Shown here: piece after piece, positions 1 through 13,786 of the stretch | Position numbering within the stretch: position 1 is the stretch's first letter | Layout: each line of letters starts with the position of its first letter | NCBI GenBank assembly: GCA_964016885.1 | Contig: OZ024745.1 | Coordinates: forward strand, 24,490,001-24,554,000 | Direction: 5' to 3' | Source of the DNA: Eledone cirrhosa | Taxonomy: Eukaryota | Length of the DNA stretch: 64,000 nt | Translations under genes and position numbers: made by a program | Notes under the pieces: generated by a model | Database searches by the model: none | The model's input: the letters and a program-made list of their open reading frames with translations, nothing else | Told to the model about the DNA's origin: nothing

Positions 1-236
1 CGCATCTATTTGGCTTTTTTTTTTGTATTGCTTTTATTTGTTTGTTTGCTTGTTTGTTTTTTGTCTGTTTCTTTTTGTTTGTTTGTTTGTTTTGTTTTTT
101 GCAATGAGACGTTTTGTTCTGTCTTCTGGCATCTTTATTTGATGATAGATAAATTTAAGAGGGAGAAGGACCCAAACTGTTTGGTGCATGTGCGTGTAAT
201 TGTATCACTTCTGTTGGTGTTCGTGCTGTTCTAGAG

Positions 237-500
237 CAACTTTTTTCAACCTTTTTACCCCTGAGGAACCCTTGAAAAAGTTCTCATTTCTCAAAGAACC
301 CCCACATAAAAAACTATTATATACCTTTATTAATATCTATCTCTTTTAGAGATTGAAGCCTTTATTTTAATAAAAGGGTTTTCCAATAATGTGCCGGATG
401 TGTTTAGTGAAATTACGATTTTAAAATGAAACAAACAATTATTCAAAAATACAATAGCTTATTTATCAGTGTTTCTCGCGAAACTCTTAACGACCTCTAA
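237..500 (+). mobile_element. Degenerate hAT-like MITE, right end lost; same family as 44066-44345
   Basis: Begins CAAC-TTTTTTCAACC after TTCTAGAG. Shares internal blocks (tctca.agaa.ccc..cataaaaa, gtttctcgc.gaa..ctt.aacgacc) with 44066-44345. A SINE follows at about 505. Confidence 0.5.
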
Positions 501-504
501 TTGA

Positions 505-730
505 GGTGGATTGGCAGTATTAATAGAGCATCGGACACCATGCTTCGTGGCATACAGTTACGGCCCTTTGCGTTCTGATTTCAAATCCCGCCAATGTTAG
601 CTTTGCCTTTCATCCTTACGGGGTCGATAACATATAGCACCAGTTTAGCACCGGAGTTGATTTAGTCGAATACCCCCCCCCCCCCCCGTCCCTAAAATTG
701 TTGGCCTTGTGCCTAAATCAGAAACCATTA
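505..730 (+). mobile_element. tRNA-derived SINE, family A
   Basis: A-box-like TGGCAGTAT, B-box-like GATTTCAAATCC, body ctttgcctttcatccttacggggtcgataa, tail ggccttgtgcctaaa..agaaac. At least 12 copies occur in the window. Confidence 0.85.
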
Positions 731-850
731 TTATGTCTACTGTGGATAAAGGATAAAGATCCCATAACCCCTTGTGGAGTCGTAGAAGCACCATCATTCG
801 GCGTGTCTAGGGCACTTTTAGACCTACCGATTTTTCTATAGAAGAAGAAC

Positions 851-1006
851 CGACCCAGTACTGGACTGGTACATTTTTTATCGACATCGAAAGGATGAAA
901 GGCAAATTTGACCTCGGCGGAATTTGAACTCAGAGCACGCAATGAAGTGGGACGAATACAGTAAAGCATTCTATCTGACGTCTTGACGACTTTGCCAATT
1001 TGCCGC
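851..1006 (-). mobile_element. tRNA-derived SINE, family A (older, partial)
   Basis: aaggatgaaaggcaaa.ttgacctcggcggaatttgaactcag is the reverse complement of the family A body and B box. Confidence 0.8.
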
Positions 1007-1029
1007 ATATAAATGGGCCCTGGCTGCTG

Positions 1030-1425
1030 AAATGCTGATCCAAGCAGTGGATGCTTTAGGACAATCCTGGGAGCATATCCCGAACGAGGAAGAATCACCC
1101 AGCATGTGAGCGACTTTGAAGATCTGCTGGCCACGGTGACGAGGAGGAAGTTGCGGTGGTATGGACAAGATCAGACGGACTCGCAAAGATGATTCTCCAG
1201 GGAACCGTGTGGCGGGGAGCGGGGGGGGGGGTAGAAAAAGGTGGGCAGACAGAGGAAACGGTTGACAGATAATATAGCTGAGAGGACAGGAAAGGTGTTT
1301 GCCATAACCCAAGTACTCGCTCATGACCGACAGGGATGGAGGCAGTTGGTGCAACGTTCAACAGTGCAGTGCCCCCAACGACCCCGAAATGGGTTAGGGG
1401 ACAATGATGATGATGATGATGATGA
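1030..1425 (+). mobile_element. 3' fragment of an RTE (BovB-like) LINE with (GAT)n tail
   Basis: Frameshifted translation EDLLATVTRRKLRWYG..GLAKMILQGTV..GRQRKRLTDNIAE..LAHDRQGWRQLV is typical of the RTE C-terminus. Followed by (gat)n. Confidence 0.75.
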
Positions 1426-1541
1426 TATATATCTCTCTCACTCTCTTTCTCTCTTTATATATATATATATCACATACATAACATACATTTAGACGAGAAT
1501 ATGTAAATATATATATATATATACACACACATACATGTAAA

Positions 1542-1582
<41 letters not shown>

Positions 1583-1597
1583 GTACATATATATATA

Positions 1598-1741
<144 letters not shown>

Positions 1742-1862
1742 ATTAGTACATCCATTATATTATGTAACTATATTTATCCCCTTACAGAAACTAATTAGTT
1801 GGAGTGAAAATTTTAGTAAGTAAGTTGATTTTTAATTTTTTTTAATTTTCTTATTTTACGTC

Positions 1863-1953
<91 letters not shown>

Positions 1954-2366
1954 TATATAATCCCTGCCTCTGCTTCTATCTTTACACACGGCATTGGACA
2001 GAATTGCTTCCACATCATTCATTCTCATCTCGGGAACAATTTTGAATAGCGCCAGTTCGTTATTTGAACTCGGGAATTTTATATTCTCCGAGTGAAAAGA
2101 CCCTTCTGACGAGAGTTTATCTTTTCAATGGAAGGCCGCAAGGACTGTCCATTTATTTTTGAGACTCGAAACCGATTCGGTAAAGGTAACCATAGTGAGT
2201 ACAGTGAATCTTTTAAAATTTATTTTGAAACTTTTTCTTATTTGCTAAACCTTGATTATATATGTTCTGGCTCGTTAATTTATTAACCTGCCATTGAACC
2301 ACATTGGCATATGTTTGGACAATACATGTGTCCCTAGACGCTTTTTGCGTGTAGGGATATATACTT

Positions 2367-2431
<65 letters not shown>

Positions 2432-2748
2432 AATACATAACATACATTTAGACTAGAATATGTAAATATGTAGATATATGGAAATATCTATATTTTCTCT
2501 TCTCTTCCTTTTCCTCAACCCCTCCCTCCCTGTCATCTCTGCCCCACTTTCATATATACAGACAGACATACAATCGCTTTACACCTTCTCTCTCACTCTA
2601 GCTCTCTTTCGAGTACACACACACCACTCAGGAGTCCGCACACGCACATACAACACACACACAACACATAATTTAATTGTAAGCATTTATATATATATAT
2701 ACATATCTGTGTGTGTGTGTGTGTGTGTGTGCGTGTGTGTGTGTGTGT

Positions 2749-2846
<98 letters not shown>

Positions 2847-3115
2847 CGGAAATAGATTTGACAGATAGATATTGAGTTAGGAATCTCACGTGTTAGATAT
2901 CTAGATATAAAGACAAAATAGACATAGAGCAACACACACATAAGAATGCGTGCACACACACACGCACACACACACACAAACACATATATATATATACACT
3001 AATACATGCATATAAAAAGACAGCAAGAAAACATCTACACTATCTCTATTTTTATAATATATATGTGCGCATAATTTATGTGTGCGTATACACACACCCA
3101 CACACCCACACCCAC

Positions 3116-3165
<50 letters not shown>

Positions 3166-3199
3166 CCGCCCTCTCACACGTACGTATATGTGTATATGC

Positions 3200-3426
3200 A
3201 TTTATTTATGTATTTATGTATGTATGAATATATGTATGTATGGATGCATGCATGTGTGTATGTATGAATGTATGTATGTAAGTATGTATGTATGTATGTA
3301 TGTGTGCATGTATATATTTATGTATGAATGTATATATATATATATATATATGAATGTATGTATGCATGTATGTAGTTATGTATTTATGTATGTATGTATG
3401 TATGTATGTATGTATGTATGTATATG

Positions 3427-3460
<34 letters not shown>

Positions 3461-3462
3461 TG

Positions 3463-3494
<32 letters not shown>

Positions 3495-3516
3495 TGTATG
3501 TATGTATGTATGTATG

Positions 3517-3548
<32 letters not shown>

Positions 3549-3592
3549 TGTATGTATGTATGTATGTATGTATGTATGTATGTATGTATATG

Positions 3593-3626
<34 letters not shown>

Positions 3627-3654
3627 TGTATGTATGTATGTATGTATGTATATG

Positions 3655-3688
<34 letters not shown>

Positions 3689-3762
3689 TGTATGTATGTA
3701 TATGTATTTATGTATGTATGTATGTATGTATGTATGTATGTATGTATGTATGTATGTATATT

Positions 3763-3796
<34 letters not shown>

Positions 3797-3798
3797 TG

Positions 3799-3830
<32 letters not shown>

Positions 3831-3935
3831 TGTATGTATGTATGTATGTATGTATGTATGTATGTATGTATGTATATGTATATATGTATGTATGTGTGTA
3901 TGTATGTATGTATGTATGTATGTATGTATGTATGC
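3200..3935. repeat. Long (TATG)n microsatellite
   Basis: Visible tetranucleotide array. Source of the spurious MYVC ORFs. Confidence 0.95.
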
Positions 3936-5361
3936 ATACAAAGAAAGGAGATGGAAGGACAACAATATTGTTTAGGCAATGAGATTAAAGCGATAGGAGA
4001 ATCGCTAAAGTCGTTATCGGAGCTGGCCCTAACCGGATTAGGAGCGCTCTGGAACTTGTTTAAGCCGTCACAGCGACCACGTGAAAGCGAAATAGTGGCT
4101 TCAATATATTTCTATGCCGTACTAATGCTCCAGCATCTCTAACATAGTTATTTATCTCTTTCTTTATCCTCCTATGACTATCACCCATCCCAAGTCTTGA
4201 ATAAAACAGTACTACTACATGCACTCCACCACCACCACCGCCACCACCACTACAATCACAACTAGGGCAGCCACAACAATTGATATTTCTAAAGCCGTCA
4301 CCATTGAATTCCTTAACTTTGGAGCCACCGTTACTGACACTACGATTTTCTCTCTACTACTTTACATTAAAAACAACCCCTATTTGTATCTTTCATACGA
4401 CCATAGCCACCATCCTTTCCATCCATAACCACCGCCATAGACACAGCCATTCCAGCCTTAACCACCACTCTAACCACCAACACTATAACCATATCTGCAG
4501 TCTATATCATTGAAACTACTACCACTAACATCAGTACATAACTGCATCAACAGGCATTATAATTCTCTAAAGAATATACCTACCAATCCTTCAGAATTAA
4601 TAGATCCACTACTTCCTGCACCACCTTCGCTACTACTGCAAACATCATCATAAATGTATATAAACACGAGCTGAGCCAGGATCCAGCCTTTATGTAGTCA
4701 CTCCAGTTCCCAGATATAGCAGCCAAATTTTCTCAAATCGCACCTTAGAAAAATAGACGTCTCATAATTTGATCCTGAATTACAAACACGTTGGAAGGAG
4801 ATAGTGTGGTGACGGCTAGAATACCTGTCATGAGTTCCTCCGATCAGGACTGATCTGAGCTGAAACAATACAACAGCAGCAACATCATTATCAGGAGTCA
4901 ATGAAAGATCCCTTATGTGGACCCCAGACCTGCTAAAAATAGTAGCCAAATGTTTCGTCTTCAAATCACGCCCTAACATCTTGAAACGGGATGGATTCTT
5001 GGATAATATACGTACATAGACAATGATTGAGTGGGATAGCTGATCATGAATATAATGACCGCTGTATTAATTCACATATCTCACTTACTATCATAGGTGT
5101 GTTAGTTTTGATGAAAAAAAATATATTAAATAGCAGCCTATAGCTGTATTGCAAATTAGTATTATAACTGGTGGAAACCACGACATGCCCTCGGTTCATC
5201 TCAATTTGGCCCGCTGTGCATCTCCCCCAGGATGTAATACCCTTTTTGAATCCTTGAAATTGCGATTCCTGCCTTATGTGGTCGCTCAATCAACTAAAGT
5301 AAAAATTAAATGTCACATAATCTCACACACTTAAAATTGACCTGTTGGATAAAGTCTAAAT

Positions 5362-5634
5362 CTCTCTCGAGCTCGGAGGCTCATCAAGCCGGCACTTATC
5401 ACGGTTTCCGTGCCATTAAGCAACTGTGAGTACAAACCCTCCCCTGGACAGTACGCCTGTCTACCGCAAGGTTAAAACCCCAGCTCCTGTTAGTACTCAT
5501 TTTCAGCTGCGTTTACTGGAGTAACGGGAAATAAAGTGTTTTGCTCAAGAACACAACGCACAACCCAGTCCAGGAATCGAACCCACGACGTTATGATCGT
5601 AAGTCCAGCACCCTTACTACTAGGTCAAGTGTCT
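5362..5634 (-). mobile_element. tRNA-derived SINE, family B, with CORE-like central domain
   Basis: Minus strand reads TGACCTAGTAG (A box), GGTTCGATTCC (B box), then tgtgttcttgagcaaaacactttatttc, which resembles the CORE/MIR central domain. Confidence 0.7.
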
Positions 5635-6689
5635 ATTGGATGATGTAGTCTTAGATTTTCCGTACATAGGAAGATAGAGAATGCCACAGCTGGTATCCCT
5701 TTGACCATATATCTACACGAACAAAGTAGAGCTGCCATTCCCACCATTAACGCCATATCCACAATCATACTACCACCATCATTAGCACTGTCGTTTTCTT
5801 AGAGATACCAACTTCACTCCCGTGATCCGTTAATCAGAAAAGCTCACCATTCAACACCACCTCTATGTCCCCAACTAACTGTACCTTATCACCACCACTG
5901 CCACGCCACTCCCATCACCATCACCAACATCAATAATAGAACTAATAACAACACCAACAAACACCACCACCGCCACAGCCAACTTTTCCAACCCAACCGC
6001 CATCGTCGCCAGTAGCAGCAACACAATGATATGGACGAACAGCAACTACCACCACCACCATCACCTAACCACCACCATCATCATTACGCAACCACCACCA
6101 CCACCACCATCACCCAACCACCACCACCACCACCATCATCACCACCACCATCATCATCACGCAACCACCACCACCACCATCACCCAACCAGCACCACCAC
6201 CAGCACCACCACCACCATCATCATCCAACCACCACCACCAACACCAACACCATCACAAAAAATACCAACTCCCCCACCACCACCAGCTGTAATGAAAGAG
6301 GATGTCGTATTTACTGAGATAAATGGAATACGAAGTTGAAGCCATACATTCATCACGACTATGGTGACGATAGACCTCATTTCCGTCCTCCCTTCAATTC
6401 TTTCTGTCATTTCTCTATCGTAGTGGCTCCAGGTCCACCACCACTAGAACCGACGCTACCATCACCACCACTAATACAACCGACACTATCATCACAATCA
6501 CCATCACCCCTACAATCATTGTCACCACTACCACCAATAAAACTGCCACAAACATTATCATAATAACCACAACTACCGTCATTACTAGCACAATCATTAC
6601 CATCAACACGAAAACCATCCCCATCGCCATCACAACCGCCGCTACAAACAACACCATCACCATTGCGAAGACAGAGTTGACAGACAAAG

Positions 6690-7060
6690 CCCCCGGGCAG
6701 TATGAAGGGAGGACTCTGTCCAGAATGCTGATTGGAGATATTGTGTTGTGCCCTAGGTCACGAAGCTTCCAATTAAAACGGGACAGGGTGTTGGAGTTCT
6801 CTTTTCCAACACATAAATGAGTTCATGTGCTGGCTATATCGACAGTTGAACTCATTGGCTATTAGGCCCGTATAATTCTGCAAACCATCTGCGGGGTGTA
6901 TGTGAAGGTGTACTTCTAGAATACAGGAAGGTGTAATTCTAGAAACAGGATCTATCTAGAGAACAGTTGGTAACATTCGACAGTTGCAGATTTGTGCTTG
7001 TGTTAGAGCTTGTGTTGGTGCGTGACATTTTTCTTGCAAGGATTCGGCGCTACCAAAACA
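6690..7060 (-). pseudogene. Degraded PLE GIY-YIG endonuclease fragment
   Basis: Piecing frames gives CNCRM..LDRSCF..YTGLIANEFNCRYSQHMNSF..NSNTLSRFNWKLRD..ILDRVLPSYCPG. This fits the PLE CNC linker, YIG and STxLSxxxWxLK pattern. Confidence 0.6.
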
Positions 7061-7226
7061 GAAGAATATTATATTAATATTGCCTGTACTGGGGGGATTT
7101 TGGTTCACTTAGGTTTACGTTTCACAAACCTGGCAATTTAGATGTGTTTCTTTCATGAAACCTCCAGTAGTTAAGTGAAAGTAATCAACATCCACATGAA
7201 GTGTTGATTACCCTTTTTTCTTCCTG

Positions 7227-7312
<86 letters not shown>

Positions 7313-7480
7313 CATATACATATATATATATGAGTGTGTGTGTGTGTATGTACAGAGAGAGAGGGTGGGTGTCATACATGTTAAGTGTATGAAACTTTGT
7401 TTAAACTAAGTAAGCTCTCTTGCAACAAATAGACCTCTGTTTTCATTGATCTTTCATCTACGGATTCCTACACACACGCA

Positions 7481-7550
<70 letters not shown>

Positions 7551-7733
7551 CATACTTACATTTATGTATCAGCTGTGGTAGGGCGAGAAATAATATTTTA
7601 TTTTCTAATTTTGTTTTCAGTTTTCAGCACGGTCAACCGTAACTCACTCGGTATGAAAATGAGACTACTTAGCCGATGTGAACTTATGAAAATACTATAT
7701 ATTTTCAACCGTTCAACAGATTCGCAGAGGTAT

Positions 7734-7776
7734 GCAGTCCTGATGAAGGGTAATGACACAGAAACATGTTGATTGT
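7734..7776 (+). ncRNA. Minimal type-I hammerhead ribozyme motif (PLE type)
   Basis: gcagtc-CTGATGA-agggtaatgacaca-GAAA-catg-TT-gattgt. Stem I pairs with wobbles, stem III is palindromic (ACATGT), stem II is weak. Confidence 0.6.
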
Positions 7777-7972
7777 ACCTCGATATCAGTTTTGAACAAA
7801 CGGATGATGATTTGTCAGCACAGCTTTAATCGGGATGTTTGTTTACAAATGAATCGAATATTATTATCAATATTCAATATAACCCATACGTACATATGTT
7901 TATGTATGATATATATATGTGTGTGTATATATATAGATGTGTATGTGTGTGTGTGTACGTATGCATACTCAT

Positions 7973-8012
<40 letters not shown>

Positions 8013-8103
8013 TAGTATAGAATATTTCCTGCATAATTTTTATATATTTATCCATTTATCTGTATTCTCATCTACAAAGCTCCTGATTAAATGATAAGTG
8101 TCA

Positions 8104-8137
<34 letters not shown>

Positions 8138-8207
8138 AAAACACACAAATATACATGCATATATATATACATATGCATATATTTATCTGTATGTATGTGT
8201 GTTTTAA

Positions 8208-8343
<136 letters not shown>

Positions 8344-8613
8344 TATATATAGGGAGGGAGAGATGATGGGAGAGACATTTAGATATTTATCAATTTTTTT
8401 TTTTTATTGATATTAACACTTATCGTTTCATCGGGTGCTTTGTAGATGCCGATTGTTTAAGTCCATTGGATGAAAAGAATAAATAAATATATATATAACT
8501 GCTACAGTAAGCAAATAGAGAAACACACATACACACACACTGATAGATAGGTAGATAGATGGATGGAGAGATAGATGGATAGATAGATAGATAGATGGAT
8601 GGAGAGATAGATG

Positions 8614-8653
<40 letters not shown>

Positions 8654-8671
8654 CTATATATTTTCAACCGT

Positions 8672-8702
<31 letters not shown>

Positions 8703-8828
8703 AACCATTCACAGATATAGAGAGAGATAAATATATGCATACATACATACACGCACACATGCACATACATATTTATAAACACACAATCATTTACGCATGA
8801 GAGTGTATCTGTGCGTGCACATACACAG

Positions 8829-8916
<88 letters not shown>

Positions 8917-9267
8917 TGTTAGAAAATGAAAGCGACATACGTCTCCAGAGTAGGCGAGATATATAAAGAGACAGAGAGACTGGTGTGGAGTTGGTGTGGA
9001 AGGAGAGATGATAAAATAATAACTATATTATATTTGAAGATAGAAATAAAAACATGGCAGATACTTACACAGCGGCCATCTTTACATTTTACGTAATTCT
9101 AAAGTTCTTTTCGCTGGAAAGTGGATGTTGTTAATTGCACGAGAAATTCATTTTATTGAAATTATCTATATTGGTTGCTTTTGTGTCTATGTGCCTCCTT
9201 GTCTTCTCTGAACATACATACATCCATTCACATACACATATATACATACACATATATACATATATGC

Positions 9268-9328
<61 letters not shown>

Positions 9329-9371
9329 TACATATATATATGTATATATATATATATATATATTTTTATAC

Positions 9372-9403
<32 letters not shown>

Positions 9404-9412
9404 GTGCATATA

Positions 9413-9445
<33 letters not shown>

Positions 9446-9460
9446 GTGCATATATATATA

Positions 9461-9534
<74 letters not shown>

Positions 9535-9564
9535 TATTTTTTTATATATATATATATATATATA

Positions 9565-9859
9565 TAGTTGTGTATAATGGTAGCTATGGTGCTTCCATAG
9601 GCGGTATGCCAAAATTAGCAATCGATATTCAGCAGAGTAGAGTGTAGATAGTATAAAGAAAACGAAAAATCAGTGATGCATCTGGACTTAATTTATTGCC
9701 TGTTACAATTGTTTCGCCGGCAGGTAGCTCGAGACATGGTCCCTGTATGGATCCAGCCAGATCCATACAGGGACCATGTCTCGAGCTACCTGCCGGCGAA
9801 ACAATTGTAACAGGCAATAAATTAAGTCCAGATGCATCACTGATTTTTCGTTTGCTTTA

Positions 9860-9865
<6 letters not shown>
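9565..9865. mobile_element. Fold-back palindromic insertion in (TA)n carrying the HHR 3' half
   Basis: Arms 9648-9753 and 9760-9865 (1 mismatch, loop CAGCCA). Each arm has GAAACAATTGTA..AATAAA. The minus copy extends to the TA tract at 9565. Confidence 0.85.
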
Positions 9866-9909
<44 letters not shown>

Positions 9910-11118
9910 TTACATACAGACATACATTCCTGCATACATAGATACAAATATACATGCACACACACACACACACACACATACACACATACACACACACACA
10001 CATGCACACACACACAACACACAACGCACACACATATACATATATATATATATATATACTTACATACATATATTTGATGGCTGCAACTCGATTTCGAGTA
10101 ATGCCATCGCTTCATACTTAAGCCTAAACATCACAGACGTGGCCTTTTAGTCCTGCTAGGGACTTTCATATGGCCAACAATACCATACATCGCAAGAAAT
10201 GTCACATATCAAGCGATGCCTTTACTTACCTTTTTTAAGTGAGGAAAGGTTTTGTACGGAGCCAATCCCCCATCTTTAAACATGGAATACATTTACCTAA
10301 AAAGAAGAACTGGTCACATCATACATAAATGATGGCTGCATCTTGATTTCGAGAACTAATTCCTTTCAGCATATTTTGTAACAAAACAAAGAAACATTTT
10401 TTTCGGCTATGATCAACCATGTTCACTCAAAACACGTGAATGTCGTTTAGATCAACGGATGCCTCTGCTTGAAGTTTTCTTTTAAGTGAAGAAAGACCTT
10501 GCTGTAGAAGGGTTGATAAAGATTGTAGACATGGTGGTGGAACCATCTTTGTCCAATAGCTAGGTGTCTTGCATATCCTTTGTATTGTTTATTCTAAATC
10601 ATATGTCACCAGTGCTTTGATGAAGCAACATCAATAATCAGCCCGTGATATATCAATGAATTCAGAGAGCATGTGTAATTCTTATTTTCCTTCTTGTCAT
10701 CTTATTCTTATTCATGTAACTGTTCCCTTAATACATGCCTGTTGTATAACAGTTATCATCAAAATGCGTATAACAGCAATTGTGTAACGAATAAATGATG
10801 TAAATTCTAACCTGTTTACTTATTCTTCAATACTGTAATTATACTCCGAAGTATGTAGACATTCTTGTATACTTCGTTGAGTGCTCTATCCTGCGTACAC
10901 TAGTGACTGTTGTTTAACTAACATTTTTATACCATGTATATATATATGCGTGTGTGTGCGTGTGTGTGTGTGTGTAACTGAATATCTTCGGTTAATTGAG
11001 GTTCTCTCTGCAATTCTCTCCAGGGATGTTTACAATACAAAAACTATTATACATGTGAATTCATATTTATTAGTAATTATGCAACATTGTATGGAAAACT
11101 AGATCCAGTCCTCGATAT

Positions 11119-11601
11119 GTTTTTTATTGATTTCTTTATTAGCCACAAGGGCGCAACAAGAAAGGGGACAATACAAAGACATGCCGGGGATTTTACATAC
11201 AGTCGTGTAAAAATATAAAAACAAACAATTTCAACAATCGAAATCCCCAATAGGGGGGAGGCGCCACAAATGGGTTGTTTAATACCCCGTCGATAGAACA
11301 ACCCTCAACTCAAGGAGCGTGTTGTGCAAGTGCTCCTTTCTTCCTTTTGCTCTCTTCCTCAACCTACAGGCTTATAAACAGAGAAGGCCCAATCACTCGG
11401 GCCATTTTCGCTTCATTCACCCACCTTTCAGTAAATTTACTGGGGTGCAGTGCCTCTCTCTCCACCCTGATTCTCCTTCTAAAGTGATACTTAAAGAATG
11501 GAATCAATTGTTGTCCAGAGAGAAAGGCATCTGTCCTCAGTCCTCTCAACCTCGTCCACCATATAACTTCTTTCACCATAGCCACCGTAGTTTTTTATTG
11601 A
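11119..11601 (-). mobile_element. 3' fragment of an L1/Tx1-type LINE with 12-bp TSD
   Basis: Minus translation MAMVKEVIWWTRLRGL..FFKYHF..FTERWV is homologous to 17365-17589. GTTTTTTATTGA occurs at 11119-11130 and 11590-11601. Confidence 0.8.
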
Positions 11602-12005
11602 CGTTCAATCTTAACTGTCAATATATTCTTGATTTTAAAATCACGAAATCTCCTATTTATAAGCAAGATAAAAAAAAATTATATTTAAAAATCAAGAAAG
11701 TATTTGTTCCATGTACCTTCACGTCCATACGAGAGAACTGTGTTTACTAGCTGACCAAATTAATAGGTAAATACTTCCCACACGATTTCCAGTTTCTTTG
11801 ATCTATCCTTGTCCTACCTATATAAATTGTCCTAGCACCACAACTATCGTTGTCACTATAACCGTTATACGTTGTTACTAAGCAATGTTTAAACACAGAA
11901 GGTCAGCTAACCTAAATACAGGAAACATTCTAACCAAGCTGGTCAAAAATGGTTGATTTATTTGAATTGATTTATATAAATTGATTGGTGTTCTATCTTT
12001 AACAC

Positions 12006-12098
<93 letters not shown>

Positions 12099-12138
12099 CA
12101 CTCGCTCTCTCTCTCTCTCTCCCTCTCTCTCTATCTCT

Positions 12139-12230
12139 AGCCGTTTCAACGGCTAATTCTGGACTTTTTTAGTCCAGAATTAGCCGTTGAAACGGCTTGA
12201 GCTCTGCCGTCGGGGTCATACTTCTTCCTA
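12139..12230. mobile_element. Fold-back HHR fragment, same family as 53467-53666
   Basis: Arms 12139-12165 and 12171-12197. Right arm continues GAAACGGC-ttgagctct-GCCGTC-gggg and ends TTCCTA into (TA)n. Confidence 0.8.
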
Positions 12231-12249
12231 TATATATATATATATATAT

Positions 12250-12414
12250 TGTCCAGTATATCGATAATTTGATTAGAGACACACTGTATTTAAAGTCGAG
12301 AGACGCAACTTCGAGTGATCAGCGGCCTTTAGACTCACATGATCAATGAAACAATTGTTAATACTGTAAATAAAACCCTGTAAATAAAACCATGTTATCC
12401 TTCACTCTTTCACT
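12250..12414 (+). mobile_element. TA-embedded pLTR-like element with a variant extended-stem-II hammerhead
   Basis: cagtat-a-TCGATAA-t-ttgatta...tgatcaa-t-GAAA-caattg-TT-a-atactg, then AATAAA. (TA)n on both sides. Confidence 0.45.
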
Positions 12415-12806
12415 ATATATATATATACAATTTTCTACCCACACGAAGTCGGCTTCCTCACTGATTAACGTATAAGTGTACACTCTAATCGGTTAGGTTC
12501 GTATTTTAATAATACAGATTTTATTAAATTATCGAGTGAGTGTGGAAGCAACCAAAGCTGTGTCCATTATATTCGATAAGCTTCGTTCCATAATTACTTT
12601 TCCCACATAATATCGTCCAGTTACTGTAGGTTCACCAGAGTGAGCGTTCGATGCGTAGAACCCAGTAAGTATAGAGGTGTGTAATACTAAGCAGAGTGTA
12701 ATAATTCCAGAGTCGGGCTAGATAGATACAGATCGAACCTTGAGCTGATCAATAGCGAAACGCGCATCACTATTCAATAAGCGTAATGAACACATAACAA
12801 ATCGCC

Positions 12807-12887
<81 letters not shown>

Positions 12888-12933
12888 CACTCACACACAC
12901 ACAATCTCTCTCACTCCCTCTCTCTCTCTCACA

Positions 12934-12980
<47 letters not shown>

Positions 12981-13106
12981 ATACTCACCAATAAACATTT
13001 AAAACATTCTATATTTTTATCACACTGTTAATCCTATGCAACATTTTCATTTTATTTTTCATATTTCATATTTTGCTTTGCCTCATTGACACATATAAAT
13101 ACATAT

Positions 13107-13238
<132 letters not shown>

Positions 13239-13507
13239 ATATACACAAACATACGCACAAACATACATCTATGCATACTTACATACATACATAGATACAT
13301 ACATATAATTATATGCATACATTCGTACATACATACATACGTATATACATTCATCCATACATACATATATACATACGCATATACATACATACATATATAC
13401 ATACGTACATACATATATACATGTATATATATATATATACATATATACATGTATATACATACATACATACATACATACATACATACATACATACATACAT
13501 ACATACA

Positions 13508-13786
13508 CCATTAATGGAACAGTAAAAATATGTAAAACATTCCAAAACTTTTGCATCTAATAACTGCGTACAGATACTAAGCATATACACATGCACACAT
13601 ACAACTCAAAACATACACATCCACACATACAATAACATCCATATCTACACATGCATACATACTGACATGCAGACATATCTACCTAGTTGATGTTGTGTAA
13701 ATTCCAATAAGAAAGTCTTGTGTCTATGTTAGAAACCGACTCTCTCTCTATTGGCAAAAGTTTGTGAAATTATAAAACCGGAAGAA
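13508..13786 (+). mobile_element. 5'-truncated copy of the R4/Dong-type element in (CATA)n
   Basis: Closely matches 51017-51291. Ends GAAGAA|CATACATAC, with (CATA)n upstream. Confidence 0.9.

Noticed and set aside
505-600. tRNA gene
   Set aside because: The A and B boxes belong to a multi-copy SINE head; no full cloverleaf.
2097-2146. CTGACGA..GAAG hammerhead-like string
   Set aside because: GAAA and the UH triplet are both missing and stem II is unconvincing.
8415-8470. Minus-strand stem plus GAAACGATA resembling an HHR 3' half
   Set aside because: No recognisable CTGANGA core; at best a decayed relic.
9629-9941. Mirror-image ORFs MPVTIVSPAG on both strands
   Set aside because: A by-product of the palindrome.
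10610-10672. TTGATGA..GAATTC hammerhead-like string
   Set aside because: Core is altered at several positions and the stems do not pair well.
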